A program made the translations under genes and the position numbers. Positions 1 to 8,167 of a stretch of DNA of 64,000 nucleotides are shown here, one piece after another. The stretch's first letter is position 1. Each line of letters starts with the position of its first letter. The notes under the pieces were generated by a model. The model searched no databases. It was not told the DNA's origin and saw only the letters and a program-made list of their open reading frames with translations. The stretch is from an uncultured Flavobacteriales bacterium (lineage in GTDB: Bacteria; Bacteroidota; Bacteroidia; Flavobacteriales_D; Crocinitomicaceae), in NCBI GenBank assembly GCA_964425255.1, contig CAYRMV010000002.1:765-64764 (forward strand), written 5' to 3'.

Positions 1-2070
1 AGTCCAAAAACGGGGGTTAATGCCTAAAGCTGATAAAACAGGCACAAAAACTTGGTTTTCTTTATATACATTCGCTCCAAAACCCAACAGTGAATTCCAA
101 TTCAACGCAGTATTTACGTTGTCTTTAATCGCATTCAAATAAGAACCAAAACCATTATCGAATTGATACCAATCATACATTTCGTATTTGTCATTCACTA
201 ATACATTCGTTCCAAAAAATCCGGTGCGTGTAATTTTTCGTCTAAATACCTCAACAGGATCATTAAAAGCAGCTGTGGTAGAAGAAACATGGTACGCTCT
301 TCGGAGTTTAATATCCCAATGTTTTATGCCAAATAGGGTGGGAAACGAGCTGTTTTGGTCATACGTGTAAATCGGGACATTGTTTGGAGAGACACTATAA
401 TAATCGTCTGAATTACTACCAACGGAGATTGCTACATTGCGTGTTCCACTCGGGTATCCTCTGTATTTTGTTAATTCTGCACCCAAATAGAATGTATTGC
501 TCATTTCGTTCAAGTAATTTGTTCGGTAAGGATGAAAGCGGTGAGAAGCTCCGTCGTTGCCATTCACCCCATTTACATCATAGCGTTGTTGTTCCTGAGA
601 ACCGGAAGATGTCATATTAATATACGCAATGTTAAAAACAGGGAAACCAGCATTTTTCAAGGCGATACTTTTAGCAGCAAACTGGTGTGCTAATGGATTA
701 TTTGCACCTTCTAACGGTGAATCAACAGGAATCCACATACGTGTATGATGGTGTCGGTTTTTGCCCAGATTGAGGTGTTCGTGTTCATCATACATCAACA
801 TATTCCGCCAATAATGTCCACCCATGCTAAAACCTAAAACAACATTTTCAAATTTAGAACCATTATCTAGTTTTTGAGGTTCAACAACTGTTTCAAAAAA
901 TTCAGATAGCATTCGAGCACCAATTCGAATTGACATATAACCTGGGTCAATTCTACAAATTACAACATCATACCCATTTTTAACTAATAAGTCCACTATA
1001 CCGTCATCTAAGTATTGACTTCCCTTAAAATTAAACTTAGATTCGTATAATTTTTCAAGAGAAGGAAAAATAGGTTGAACATTTGGTCTAAAACCATGAA
1101 GCATAAATACGGGTTTATATAACTTTCCTGAATTATTACATGCTCCCCATATAATTCCGTATCGGAGCTTGTACTTAAGATTTACACCTGATGGATCCGT
1201 TAAAATTGTTTGAAAAATACTCCAATCTAAATCCAATGAAGTTGGCTCAAAAGTATGAGTTCCACCTGTGAAAGGAGAACTTTTTTCAATTGATTCAAAA
1301 TAAGACGTGTCGGTTGAAAAAAATTGTGTGTTCTCCAAATAACTCGAATCTGTAAAATAAACTCCTATATTAATATAATTTGTGTTATTCAATAGCTGAA
1401 TTTTTACTGAATCATTCGGATACAATACATACTGTTGGTTTTGAATATCAAGCCTTAAATGATCAATTGCTTTAGTTGAAAATACCGTGTAATTCGTGTC
1501 AAAAGTTAAATAGATTTCTTGGTCAAAAAGTATTTCATCAAAAAGAATTGAACTAATAAAATACATATTCGTTTCCGACAATGATTCTAGGCTTTCTTCC
1601 ATCGAAGTATTCCAACCATAGTCAGCTTCACTATGAGAGAAAAACAAAGATGGAGTGTTGTATTTTTCATCTTTTAAGAATACTCCTTCCTGAAAAATTA
1701 CACCAATAGGCAAAGTCAGTACTTCATTATCTAAAGATCTTGACATCCAATCACCATAAAGTTTTTTTGTAAAACTAAACGTACTGTCTTCTAGGTTTAT
1801 TAGCCGATTTTTTGTCTGAAAAGCATTGTACACAGTGATCCAGTCTCTAGCTTGAATGGTGTCTTTTCCTAAAGAATCCACCCGGAATTTCTTTATATAA
1901 TCACGATCAACACTGGATGAATAATCAAGAAGATCAATCGTGGGAAACCGCAAAATAACTTCGTTATAAATTTTATTATTTAATTTCCAGTCAGAAAGAT
2001 AAGTAGTGTCTTCCTGTGCACAAACTTGAATTCCGACAAGTAAAAAAATAGATATGAGAATTTTTTTCAT
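1..2070 (-). CDS. secreted alpha/beta-hydrolase (lipase/esterase-like); 3' end lies outside the window
   Basis: Absent from the ORF track because it runs off the left edge. ATG at 2070 (cat 2068-2070). Signal-peptide-like start MKKILISIFLLVGIQVCAQ. The frame stays open wherever I hand-translated (541-660, 811-840). Nucleophile elbow VLGFSMGGHY (GxSxG) is encoded at 811-840. Confidence 0.6.
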   Translation of the reverse strand, partial: MKKILISIFLLVGIQVCAQEDTTYLSDWKLNNKIYNEVILRFPTIDLLDYSSSVDRDYIKKFRVDSLGKDTIQARDWITVYNAFQTKNRLINLEDSTFSFTKKLYGDWMSRSLDNEVLTLPIGVIFQEGVFLKDEKYNTPSLFFSHSEADYGWNTSMEESLESLSETNMYFISSILFDEILFDQEIYLTFDTNYTVFSTKAIDHLRLDIQNQQYVLYPNDSVKIQLLNNTNYINIGVYFTDSSYLENTQFFSTDTSYFESIEKSSPFTGGTHTFEPTSLDLDWSIFQTILTDPSGVNLKYKLRYGIIWGACNNSGKLYKPVFMLHGFRPNVQPIFPSLEKLYESKFNFKGSQYLDDGIVDLLVKNGYDVVICRIDPGYMSIRIGARMLSEFFETVVEPQKLDNGSKFENVVLGFSMGGHYWRNMLMYDEHEHLNLGKNRHHHTRMWIPVDSPLEGANNPLAHQFAAKSIALKNAGFPVFNIAYINMTSSGSQEQQRYDVNGVNGNDGASHRFHPYRTNYLNEMSNTFYLGAELTKYRGYPSGTRNVAISVGSNSDDYYSVSPNNVPIYTYDQNSSFPTLFGIKHWDIKLRRAYHVSSTTAAFNDPVEVFRRKITRTGFFGTNVLVNDKYEMYDWYQFDNGFGSYLNAIKDNVNTALNWNSLLGFGANVYKENQVFVPVLSALGINPRFWT

Positions 2071-2075
2071 GGCTT

Positions 2076-3158
2076 CTACTTTTTAGAATTCAAGTTCATT
2101 TCCATCTCGGCAATACGCTTTTCTTGCTCTTCTAATTTCTTATTTTGTTCCAAAAGATACAAAGTCAATTCTTCGACTTTCTCCATCAAAATTTTATTCA
2201 TTTCACCTAGTGCTAAACCTTCACTTTCAATAATTTCGGCTTTTGGCACATTTGGGAGATGACCATTTTGTTTTATAAAATCGTCTACTTCTGACAATGG
2301 CATTAGAATATATTCTTTTTCAAATACATAATCAGGCCAGTTTACTTGATCAACAATTATTTCTCTTGTTCTAAGTATCCCGTCATTTGTTAATTGTAAA
2401 AGTTTTCTATTTGTATTTTTAATGAGAAAAATCTTTTCAAGATTATCAGTAGAGGTTGAAGAAAGTTCAGTAGATCCATTTCCTTTAACGATAAATGTGT
2501 TTGTTGTTGGTCCTTGAATTTGTAAGGCATTATCTGTATTCGAAGCAACTTTTAAAAATAATCCATATTTACCTGAAGAAATGTTTCTAATATACAGGCC
2601 ATTATCTCCTTGTGAAATAATATTAAATCTTGCTTCAATCGCATTTGTTGAGTTTGGATTATTATGAAGGCTTGAATTATTTATCCAAAATCGTTTACTA
2701 GAACTGGCTATTGTCAAACCAATTCCAGGAACATTTAAATTTAATAGTCCACTTTCCTGATTTATGATGCTCAAATCATTTCCACTCATTCTGAATACAC
2801 CCCCATCTGTGCTATTCATTCCAGTTGTTGTGTTAGTTAAACCAAGTCTGACGGTTTTGCCAAAATTAATCGTACTTTTTGTAGTGAAGGTTTCGGAATT
2901 TTGTTCTTTATCATATAAAACTAAACCGCTTGGTCCAGTTGGATTTAAAGGTTCTGTATAATCAACAGTTCCATGTAGATGTAAATTGAAGTTAGGTAAA
3001 GGTGTATTTGTATTTGTGGTAGTAGATTTTGTGCCGATCCCAACATACCCTGATTGTATAGAATTTGGTGTACTGACAAGTGGCCAAGGTGTTGTTTGTT
3101 GGCTGAATACAATTTTTGTAGAGAACAACACTAACATGATAGAAATTTCTTTTTTCAT
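2076..3158 (-). CDS. secreted protein with a Bacteroidota tail-fibre-like C-terminal module and coiled coil
   Basis: N-terminal signal peptide MKKEISIMLVLFSTKIVFSQ. The C-terminus NWPDYVFEKEYILMPLSEVDDFIKQNGHLPNVP...EELTLYLLEQNKKLEEQEKRIAEME is a module I recognise from many Bacteroidota 'tail fiber domain' hypothetical proteins. The stop is 5 nt before the next gene's start, so an operon is likely. Confidence 0.5.
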   Translation of the reverse strand: MKKEISIMLVLFSTKIVFSQQTTPWPLVSTPNSIQSGYVGIGTKSTTTNTNTPLPNFNLHLHGTVDYTEPLNPTGPSGLVLYDKEQNSETFTTKSTINFGKTVRLGLTNTTTGMNSTDGGVFRMSGNDLSIINQESGLLNLNVPGIGLTIASSSKRFWINNSSLHNNPNSTNAIEARFNIISQGDNGLYIRNISSGKYGLFLKVASNTDNALQIQGPTTNTFIVKGNGSTELSSTSTDNLEKIFLIKNTNRKLLQLTNDGILRTREIIVDQVNWPDYVFEKEYILMPLSEVDDFIKQNGHLPNVPKAEIIESEGLALGEMNKILMEKVEELTLYLLEQNKKLEEQEKRIAEMEMNLNSKK

Positions 3159-3353
3159 TTTTTAGATTAATTTTAGTTGAATAATTTTATTTGTTTTGAT
3201 AATAAGATATTCTATAGGACTACATTGCCAGTACAATATTTAGTTATCAAAGCAATAATACAAAAAACCATTTAAATGTGAAAATATTGTTAATTTTTTT
3301 AATTGTGTGTTTAGTTTGAAAAAAATAATAAACATTCCGCAATAGAATTTTAT

Positions 3354-3362
3354 GAAATTTTA
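3354..3362. repeat. target-site duplication (left copy) GAAATTTTA of the IS982-family element
   Basis: An identical 9-mer sits at 4348-4356, and each copy directly abuts a terminal inverted repeat. Confidence 0.75.
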
Positions 3363-4347
3363 ACCCGTTGTGCATTTAGGCCAAATTTACTTTTAATTGA
3401 TTAATTGGTCGATTAAAAACGAATTTATTGAGATGTTGAATCACTGTAATAGCATTTATTTTTGATAGAATTCGGGTGCTATATCCTACGAATGTTTTTG
3501 CATAGTTACTTCTAATTCTAAACTGGTCACACATTTGAGAAAATAGTGTTTCAATTCTTTTTCTTCCCTTTTTAAACACATATGGTTGCTCCACGTAATT
3601 CGTTTGGTTTTTACGCATTGGTGTTTCAAGTTTAATCTGAACAGATTCAAACAAATTAAGTTGAATATCAGCTGATAAGTACCCCATATCACCGAGTAAA
3701 GTACATCTAGAATAGGTTGTTTTCACATCTTTCAACATATGTATATCATGAACTGACGCAGGCGTAATATCCACACTTTGAATCACTCCAGATAAGGAGC
3801 AGATTCCATGAAGTTTATAACCAAAGTAGTATGCTTTTTGTGAAGCGCAATAGCCTTTTGAAGGAAGGGCGTAATCTACATCACGACATATTTTACTTCT
3901 TGATGCACGAGCATTTTTACAAATCTCTAATGGCATCGAATCAATCACGTAAACATCTTCGAATTCATTAAAATCCTTAGCCAAAGTTTTTCTGACCTGT
4001 TCAATTTGAGCAAAAAGAGTTCGCTTTCTTCTATTATACACAGAACGTTCGATAAGACCTTCCAGAGGAGTACTCTTTATATCTCTAAATAATTGTAATT
4101 CAGAATGTATACCCATGTATTCAGCTGTAATGTTCAGCGCGATTAATTCTAAGTTTCCTAACTTAGGCTTACGGATTTGATGAAACGAATCAAGAGAAAT
4201 ATTCAATGATTGCAGATGTTTCAAAATAATTTCATAGTTTTGAATGAAGTTGCTCATAATATTTAATGACTTGGTAATCACTTAAATATACGAATTATTT
4301 ATGATTCAGTGAGTAACTTTTTCGTTTTTTCTAAATGCACAACGGGT
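3363..4347 (-). mobile_element. IS982-family insertion sequence, 985 bp, apparently intact
   Basis: Perfect 16-bp terminal inverted repeats: ACCCGTTGTGCATTTA at 3363-3378 and its reverse complement at 4332-4347. The ends begin with AC, as I recall for IS982. A single DDE transposase ORF fills the element, flanked by a 9-bp direct repeat. Confidence 0.85.
3376..4281 (-). CDS. IS982-family DDE transposase
   Basis: Motifs VIDSMPLEICK, GYCASQKAYYFGYKLHGICSLSGVIQSVDITPASVHD, LLGDMGYLS and RKRIETLFSQMCDQF match the IS982 transposase pattern. The track start at 4281 is GTG; the first ATG is at 4257. The stop codon lies inside the left IR. Confidence 0.85.
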   Translation of the reverse strand: MITKSLNIMSNFIQNYEIILKHLQSLNISLDSFHQIRKPKLGNLELIALNITAEYMGIHSELQLFRDIKSTPLEGLIERSVYNRRKRTLFAQIEQVRKTLAKDFNEFEDVYVIDSMPLEICKNARASRSKICRDVDYALPSKGYCASQKAYYFGYKLHGICSLSGVIQSVDITPASVHDIHMLKDVKTTYSRCTLLGDMGYLSADIQLNLFESVQIKLETPMRKNQTNYVEQPYVFKKGRKRIETLFSQMCDQFRIRSNYAKTFVGYSTRILSKINAITVIQHLNKFVFNRPINQLKVNLA

Positions 4348-4356
4348 GAAATTTTA
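4348..4356. repeat. target-site duplication (right copy) GAAATTTTA
   Basis: Identical to 3354-3362 and directly abuts the right IR. Confidence 0.75.
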
Positions 4357-4416
4357 AGAAAAAAATGGCATTTTCGTTCCAATTGTTTATTTTTACAGAA
4401 ACAAAACTCAAATGAT

Positions 4417-6171
4417 ATGAAAAAAACATTACTTACGCTATCGTTGGCCTTTATTGGTTTTACGTCTTTTGGTCAAGTAGTTTTTTCGGTAGAAGAGCCG
4501 ATTCAAACAAACTACAATTTGACTTATTCAAACGAGTCTGGAGCTCAAGATTGGGGATCTCCTGACATGATGGATCCGGCAAATGTAGTATTAGACACAG
4601 TTGTTTTGGCTAGTGATCTTACTGCTGCTGATTCATTGATGTGTACTGCTGGTTCTCCTGCTGGTGCATACGCGGGTAAAATTGCCTTGTTGTACCGTGG
4701 AAGCTGTGAATTTGGTGCGAAGGCATTCAACGCTCAAACTGCAGGTGCTGTTGCTGTAATCATCATTAACAATACAGGTGGTGATCCAATTCCAATGGGG
4801 GCTGGTGCTGATGGTGCAAACGTTACGATTCCCGTTGTGATGATTTCTCAACAAGATGGTGCTGCACTTAGAGCAATGGTTGAAGCGGGTGTTGTTCGCG
4901 TGTTTATCGGTAACAAATCAGGTTACTATGAAAACGATTTAGGTTCAAACAAATCAAAGATTTTAATCCCTCGTCAGTTAGCTCTTCCTGCTACTTTGGC
5001 TCAAACAGGTGCTGAGTTTAACTTCAATTTAGGAATTTGGGTTCACAACTACGGTCAAAATGATTTGACTGGAATTACAGTAAACGCGAAAGTAGGAAAT
5101 GAAGGAGCAAACTTATACGACGAAACAAGTGCTGAATTTGATTTAACAGCTGGTGATAGTACGTTCATTGCTTTCGCTGATCCATTCCAAGAGGCAACTT
5201 ATGCTGCGGGTGATTATGTTTTAACATACACTATTACTCCATCTGATGTGCAAGATGATTACAACAACGATAACATCATCGTAACTAACTTCACGTTGAC
5301 GGATAACTTATTTTCGATTGCTCGCTTGGATGCAAACGGATTGCCAGAAATTGATGGTGGTACAAGAACTGCAACTGCTGGGGTACCATTTTTCTCTTCG
5401 TGTGTAGTTTTCCGTAACGAAAATGCAAACCGTTTAGGTGCAAGAGGTATGTGGTTTAGTGCTTCTAAAAATGCTGCTGATGGTACAATGGAAGGAGAAG
5501 AAATCATCGTTTCTGCTGATAGATGGAGCAATCAATTCAATACTTTGAGCGATTTGTTCCCTGGTGGAACAGTTGACCAAGCTAGTTTGAATGCTGCTTT
5601 TTCTGATTTAACTGAAATTACTTCTGGTTCATACGTGTATGACGAAGCATTGACAGATACAATGATTTATGTTGAGTTTGCTCAACCATTTGCTTTGGAA
5701 AATAACCAACGTTATTTATTTTGTGTAACAACTTTAACGGATAATGTATTCTTAGGGTATGATCGTCAAACAAAATATGATTTAGTAGAAGGGGAAGACG
5801 ATCAACCTACACAAGCAATCAAAGTGGGTTCTGACTTCTCATTTGGATTCCAAGGTGGAGATGTTCCAGCATTAGGTGTTAAAACATTCCCAATTGCTGA
5901 ATTAGGTTTGGTTGACGAAGAATTAGCTTCTTCTTCTTTCCCGAACCCAGCAAAAAATAACATTACAGTTAAAGTGGCTGGTTTCACTGGAAATGCGAAC
6001 TTGACTGTAACAGACATGGCTGGTCGCGTAGTTTTGACTGACGAAGTAACTGTTGCAAACGACGGAACATTTGGTGTAAACACAACATCATTGAACAACG
6101 GAATGTATATCTTCAAAATGATTACAGCTGAAGGTGGTAAATCTACTTTCAACGTAGTGATTTCGAAATAA
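4417..6171 (+). CDS. secreted PA (protease-associated) domain protein with T9SS C-terminal sorting domain
   Basis: The true start is the ATG at 4417 (MKKTLLTLSLAFIGFTSFGQ signal peptide). The track ORF starts at a GTG at 4309, inside the IS flank. PA-domain pattern GKIALLYRGSCEFGAKAFNAQTAGAVAVIIINN...IPVVMISQQDG. C-terminal FPNPAKNNITVKV...GMYIFKMITAEGGKSTFNVVISK is T9SS CTD-like. Confidence 0.75.
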   Translation: MKKTLLTLSLAFIGFTSFGQVVFSVEEPIQTNYNLTYSNESGAQDWGSPDMMDPANVVLDTVVLASDLTAADSLMCTAGSPAGAYAGKIALLYRGSCEFGAKAFNAQTAGAVAVIIINNTGGDPIPMGAGADGANVTIPVVMISQQDGAALRAMVEAGVVRVFIGNKSGYYENDLGSNKSKILIPRQLALPATLAQTGAEFNFNLGIWVHNYGQNDLTGITVNAKVGNEGANLYDETSAEFDLTAGDSTFIAFADPFQEATYAAGDYVLTYTITPSDVQDDYNNDNIIVTNFTLTDNLFSIARLDANGLPEIDGGTRTATAGVPFFSSCVVFRNENANRLGARGMWFSASKNAADGTMEGEEIIVSADRWSNQFNTLSDLFPGGTVDQASLNAAFSDLTEITSGSYVYDEALTDTMIYVEFAQPFALENNQRYLFCVTTLTDNVFLGYDRQTKYDLVEGEDDQPTQAIKVGSDFSFGFQGGDVPALGVKTFPIAELGLVDEELASSSFPNPAKNNITVKVAGFTGNANLTVTDMAGRVVLTDEVTVANDGTFGVNTTSLNNGMYIFKMITAEGGKSTFNVVISK

Positions 6172-6193
6172 GATTTTCTTCTATTTGATTTTT

Positions 6194-6217
6194 AAAGCCT
6201 CGGGAAACCGGGGCTTT
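6194..6217. terminator. bidirectional intrinsic terminator hairpin between convergent genes
   Basis: A 10-bp stem pairs AAAGCCTCGG with CCGGGGCTTT (one G-T wobble) around a GAAA tetraloop. Followed by TTTTC on the + strand and preceded by an A/T run. Confidence 0.7.
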
Positions 6218-6231
6218 TTCGTTTTCATTGA

Positions 6232-7146
6232 TTAGGAAAATCGCAGCAAGTGGATCTTTGGTCCAACGGTGAACGTTGCAGCACCCGTTAATGGATAAAC
6301 CTCTCCATCCACTTCCAAATACGCTTTTTGATCAATTGCTTTTACTGTAACCGTTTTTCCTGAAAAATAATGAACTTCCGGATGTTGGATGTGAATTCCT
6401 TTTTTCAATTTCCCCAATTGTTTCACATAATCCAACAGAGAAACATTTCCGATAAAAGTAAATCCCAATTGCTCGTCTTGGCAATTCGCTTCGGGATGAA
6501 TCACGATTCCATCGCCAAAGGTACTGCTGTTGCAAACAGCCAAAAGCAAGCTGGCTTGTTTTCGATCAAATTGTTCAGATTGAATATGTAAAATAGGCTT
6601 TTGAAACGAGACAAATGCCCGAAGAATCGATAGAGGATAAGCCAATTTCGTTGATTGAAAAAGACGTCGTTGCTGATTGACTAAATGCATCACGTAGCCA
6701 CCAAAACCAATGTCGGCAATGTTTAATCCATAAAACAACTGCGTTTCCGTTTGAATGGAAATGGTGTCGACCTGTTCGGTTTTTTTGGTCAGGATTGCTT
6801 TTTGAAAGCTTTCTAATTGGAATTTAGGTTGCCAAACGCGAAGAAAGTCATTGCCTGTTCCGGATGCGATAAAACCCAAAATCGGCTGGTGAGAATCGGA
6901 GAAATCCAATCCATTGATAATCTCGTGAAACGTTCCATCTCCTCCGCCAACTAGGATACAGTCCACTTGTTGAATTTGAGCATTACGCGCTAACTGTTTG
7001 GCATGACCAGCAAATTCGGTAGGCAAAATGATCAAGTTGAATTCATTTTGCTCCAAAAAGAGAAGCGCAGCCTCCAACGACCGCGACTTTCTTCTTTTTC
7101 CATGGTATATGACCGCAACAGTTTGGATTTTATCTTCCGTCGCCAT
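6232..7146 (-). CDS. lipid kinase, diacylglycerol kinase catalytic-domain family (YegS/BmrU-like)
   Basis: Motifs [30 protein letters not shown] and ASGTGNDF. Start chosen at MATEDKIQ (ATG 7146). The upstream part of the track ORF (to 7389) overlaps the AIM24-like gene in another frame. Confidence 0.75.
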   Translation of the reverse strand: MATEDKIQTVAVIYHGKRRKSRSLEAALLFLEQNEFNLIILPTEFAGHAKQLARNAQIQQVDCILVGGGDGTFHEIINGLDFSDSHQPILGFIASGTGNDFLRVWQPKFQLESFQKAILTKKTEQVDTISIQTETQLFYGLNIADIGFGGYVMHLVNQQRRLFQSTKLAYPLSILRAFVSFQKPILHIQSEQFDRKQASLLLAVCNSSTFGDGIVIHPEANCQDEQLGFTFIGNVSLLDYVKQLGKLKKGIHIQHPEVHYFSGKTVTVKAIDQKAYLEVDGEVYPLTGAATFTVGPKIHLLRFS

Positions 7147-7942
7147 CGAGTAGATTTCCAAGTCCTCCAAGGATACTTCCTTCTTCTTTTCGTGTTCCTG
7201 TTCCATAGGCCAAAATACGTGATGCCAAGCGAGAAATGGGTAAGGTTTGCAGCCAAACATCTCCCGGTCCACGAAGCGTAGCAAAAAACATTCCTTCACC
7301 ACCAAATAAGGTATTTTTGATTCCACCCACAAATTGAATATCGTAATCGATTTCTTGGGTGTAAGCAACAATACAACCAGTATCAACACGCAATACTTCG
7401 CCCGGTTTTAAGGTGCGTTTCATGACATGACCGCCTGCATGACAAAAAGCCAAACCATCGCCTTCTAATTTTTGCATGATGAAACCTTCACCACCAAACA
7501 AGCCCGTTCCTAATTTTCGCTGAAATTCAATTCCGACAGAAACACCTTTCGCAGCACATAAAAATGCATCTTTTTGACAAATGATTTTTCCACCCAATTC
7601 AGCCAAATCGAGAGGGATAATTTTTCCCGGATAGGGTGCAGCAAAAGCAACGCGCGCTTTCCCCGTTCCTTGATGCGTATATGCAGTCATAAACAAACTT
7701 TCGCCCGTCAACAAACGTTTTCCAGCACCCAAAATTTTATTGAAAAAGCCGCCGTTACGCTGTTCCGATCCATCACCAAAAATGGTTTCCATCTGAATTC
7801 CGTCATCCATAAACATGAATGAACCAGCCTCAGCAATCGCCGTTTCCTGTGGATCAAGCTCAATTTCCACTAATTGCATCTCTTCCCCACGGATTTCGTA
7901 ATCTATTTCATGATTTGTTCTCATCGTTGTTTCTTTTTTCAA
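7130..7942 (-). CDS. TIGR00266/AIM24 (DUF124) family protein
   Basis: [39 protein letters not shown] and [24 protein letters not shown] are the pattern I recognise for this family. An alternative start is at 7924 (MRTNHEIDY). Confidence 0.7.
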   Translation of the reverse strand: MKKETTMRTNHEIDYEIRGEEMQLVEIELDPQETAIAEAGSFMFMDDGIQMETIFGDGSEQRNGGFFNKILGAGKRLLTGESLFMTAYTHQGTGKARVAFAAPYPGKIIPLDLAELGGKIICQKDAFLCAAKGVSVGIEFQRKLGTGLFGGEGFIMQKLEGDGLAFCHAGGHVMKRTLKPGEVLRVDTGCIVAYTQEIDYDIQFVGGIKNTLFGGEGMFFATLRGPGDVWLQTLPISRLASRILAYGTGTRKEEGSILGGLGNLLDGDGR

Positions 7943-7996
7943 ACGTACAATTTTTTTTCATGCGAAGCAGACAAAACGAAGTTTTCGTCAAACTCA

Positions 7997-8026
7997 GGTT
8001 GAGGCGCGATTAATCGCGCCTCAACC
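7997..8026. repeat. REP-like perfect 30-bp palindrome GGTTGAGGCGCGATTAATCGCGCCTCAACC
   Basis: All 15 base pairs checked by hand. The right arm AATCGCGCCTCAACC is repeated again at 8051-8065. Related palindromes occur at 62981-63010 and 63032-63059. Confidence 0.85.
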
Positions 8027-8082
8027 CTGGCAACTCGTCTCAACCCTGTCAATCGCGCCTCAACCGCCGTTTTCATCATTGA

Positions 8083-8150
8083 CCTACTAACTAACCTTCT
8101 AACCCACTAACCTACTAATTTACTAACCTACTAAATCACTAACCCACTAA
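8083..8150. repeat. 8-bp tandem repeat, consensus CCYACTAA, about 8.5 units, G-free on the + strand
   Basis: Units read: cctactaa, ctaa, ccttctaa, cccactaa, cctactaa, tttactaa, cctactaa, atcactaa, cccactaa. There is no G on the + strand from 8082 to 8162. Confidence 0.85.
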
Positions 8151-8155
8151 TTCCC

Positions 8156-8163
8156 TACCTTTG
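8156..8163 (+). promoter_or_regulatory. Bacteroidota -7 promoter box TACCTTTG (TAnnTTTG) for mnmE
   Basis: Exact match to the TAnnTTTG consensus, ending 4 nt before the mnmE ATG at 8168. Confidence 0.5.
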
Positions 8164-8167
8164 CACC

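Noticed and set aside
188-620. Two + strand ORFs (60 and 78 aa) at the left edge
   Set aside because: They are antisense to the long open minus-strand hydrolase frame, which carries a signal peptide and a GFSMGG motif. Their sequences are low-complexity with no motifs, so they are treated as spurious.
4309-4416. 5' extension of the PA-domain ORF (MSNFFVFSKCTTGEILRKK...)
   Set aside because: It starts at a GTG inside the IS982 flank and reads through the right inverted repeat and the target duplication. A canonical signal peptide begins at the ATG at 4417.
7147-7389. 5' extension of the lipid-kinase ORF to 385 aa
   Set aside because: The extension overlaps the well-supported AIM24-like gene in another frame and is not kinase-like. 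The family motifs begin just after the Met at 7146.
8083-8150. The 8-bp tandem repeat as a CRISPR-like or coding repeat; the TACTAAC matches to the yeast intron branch-point consensus
   Set aside because: The unit is far too short and has no spacers, so it is not CRISPR. There is no ORF across it. The TACTAAC resemblance is a coincidence in a bacterial intergenic region.
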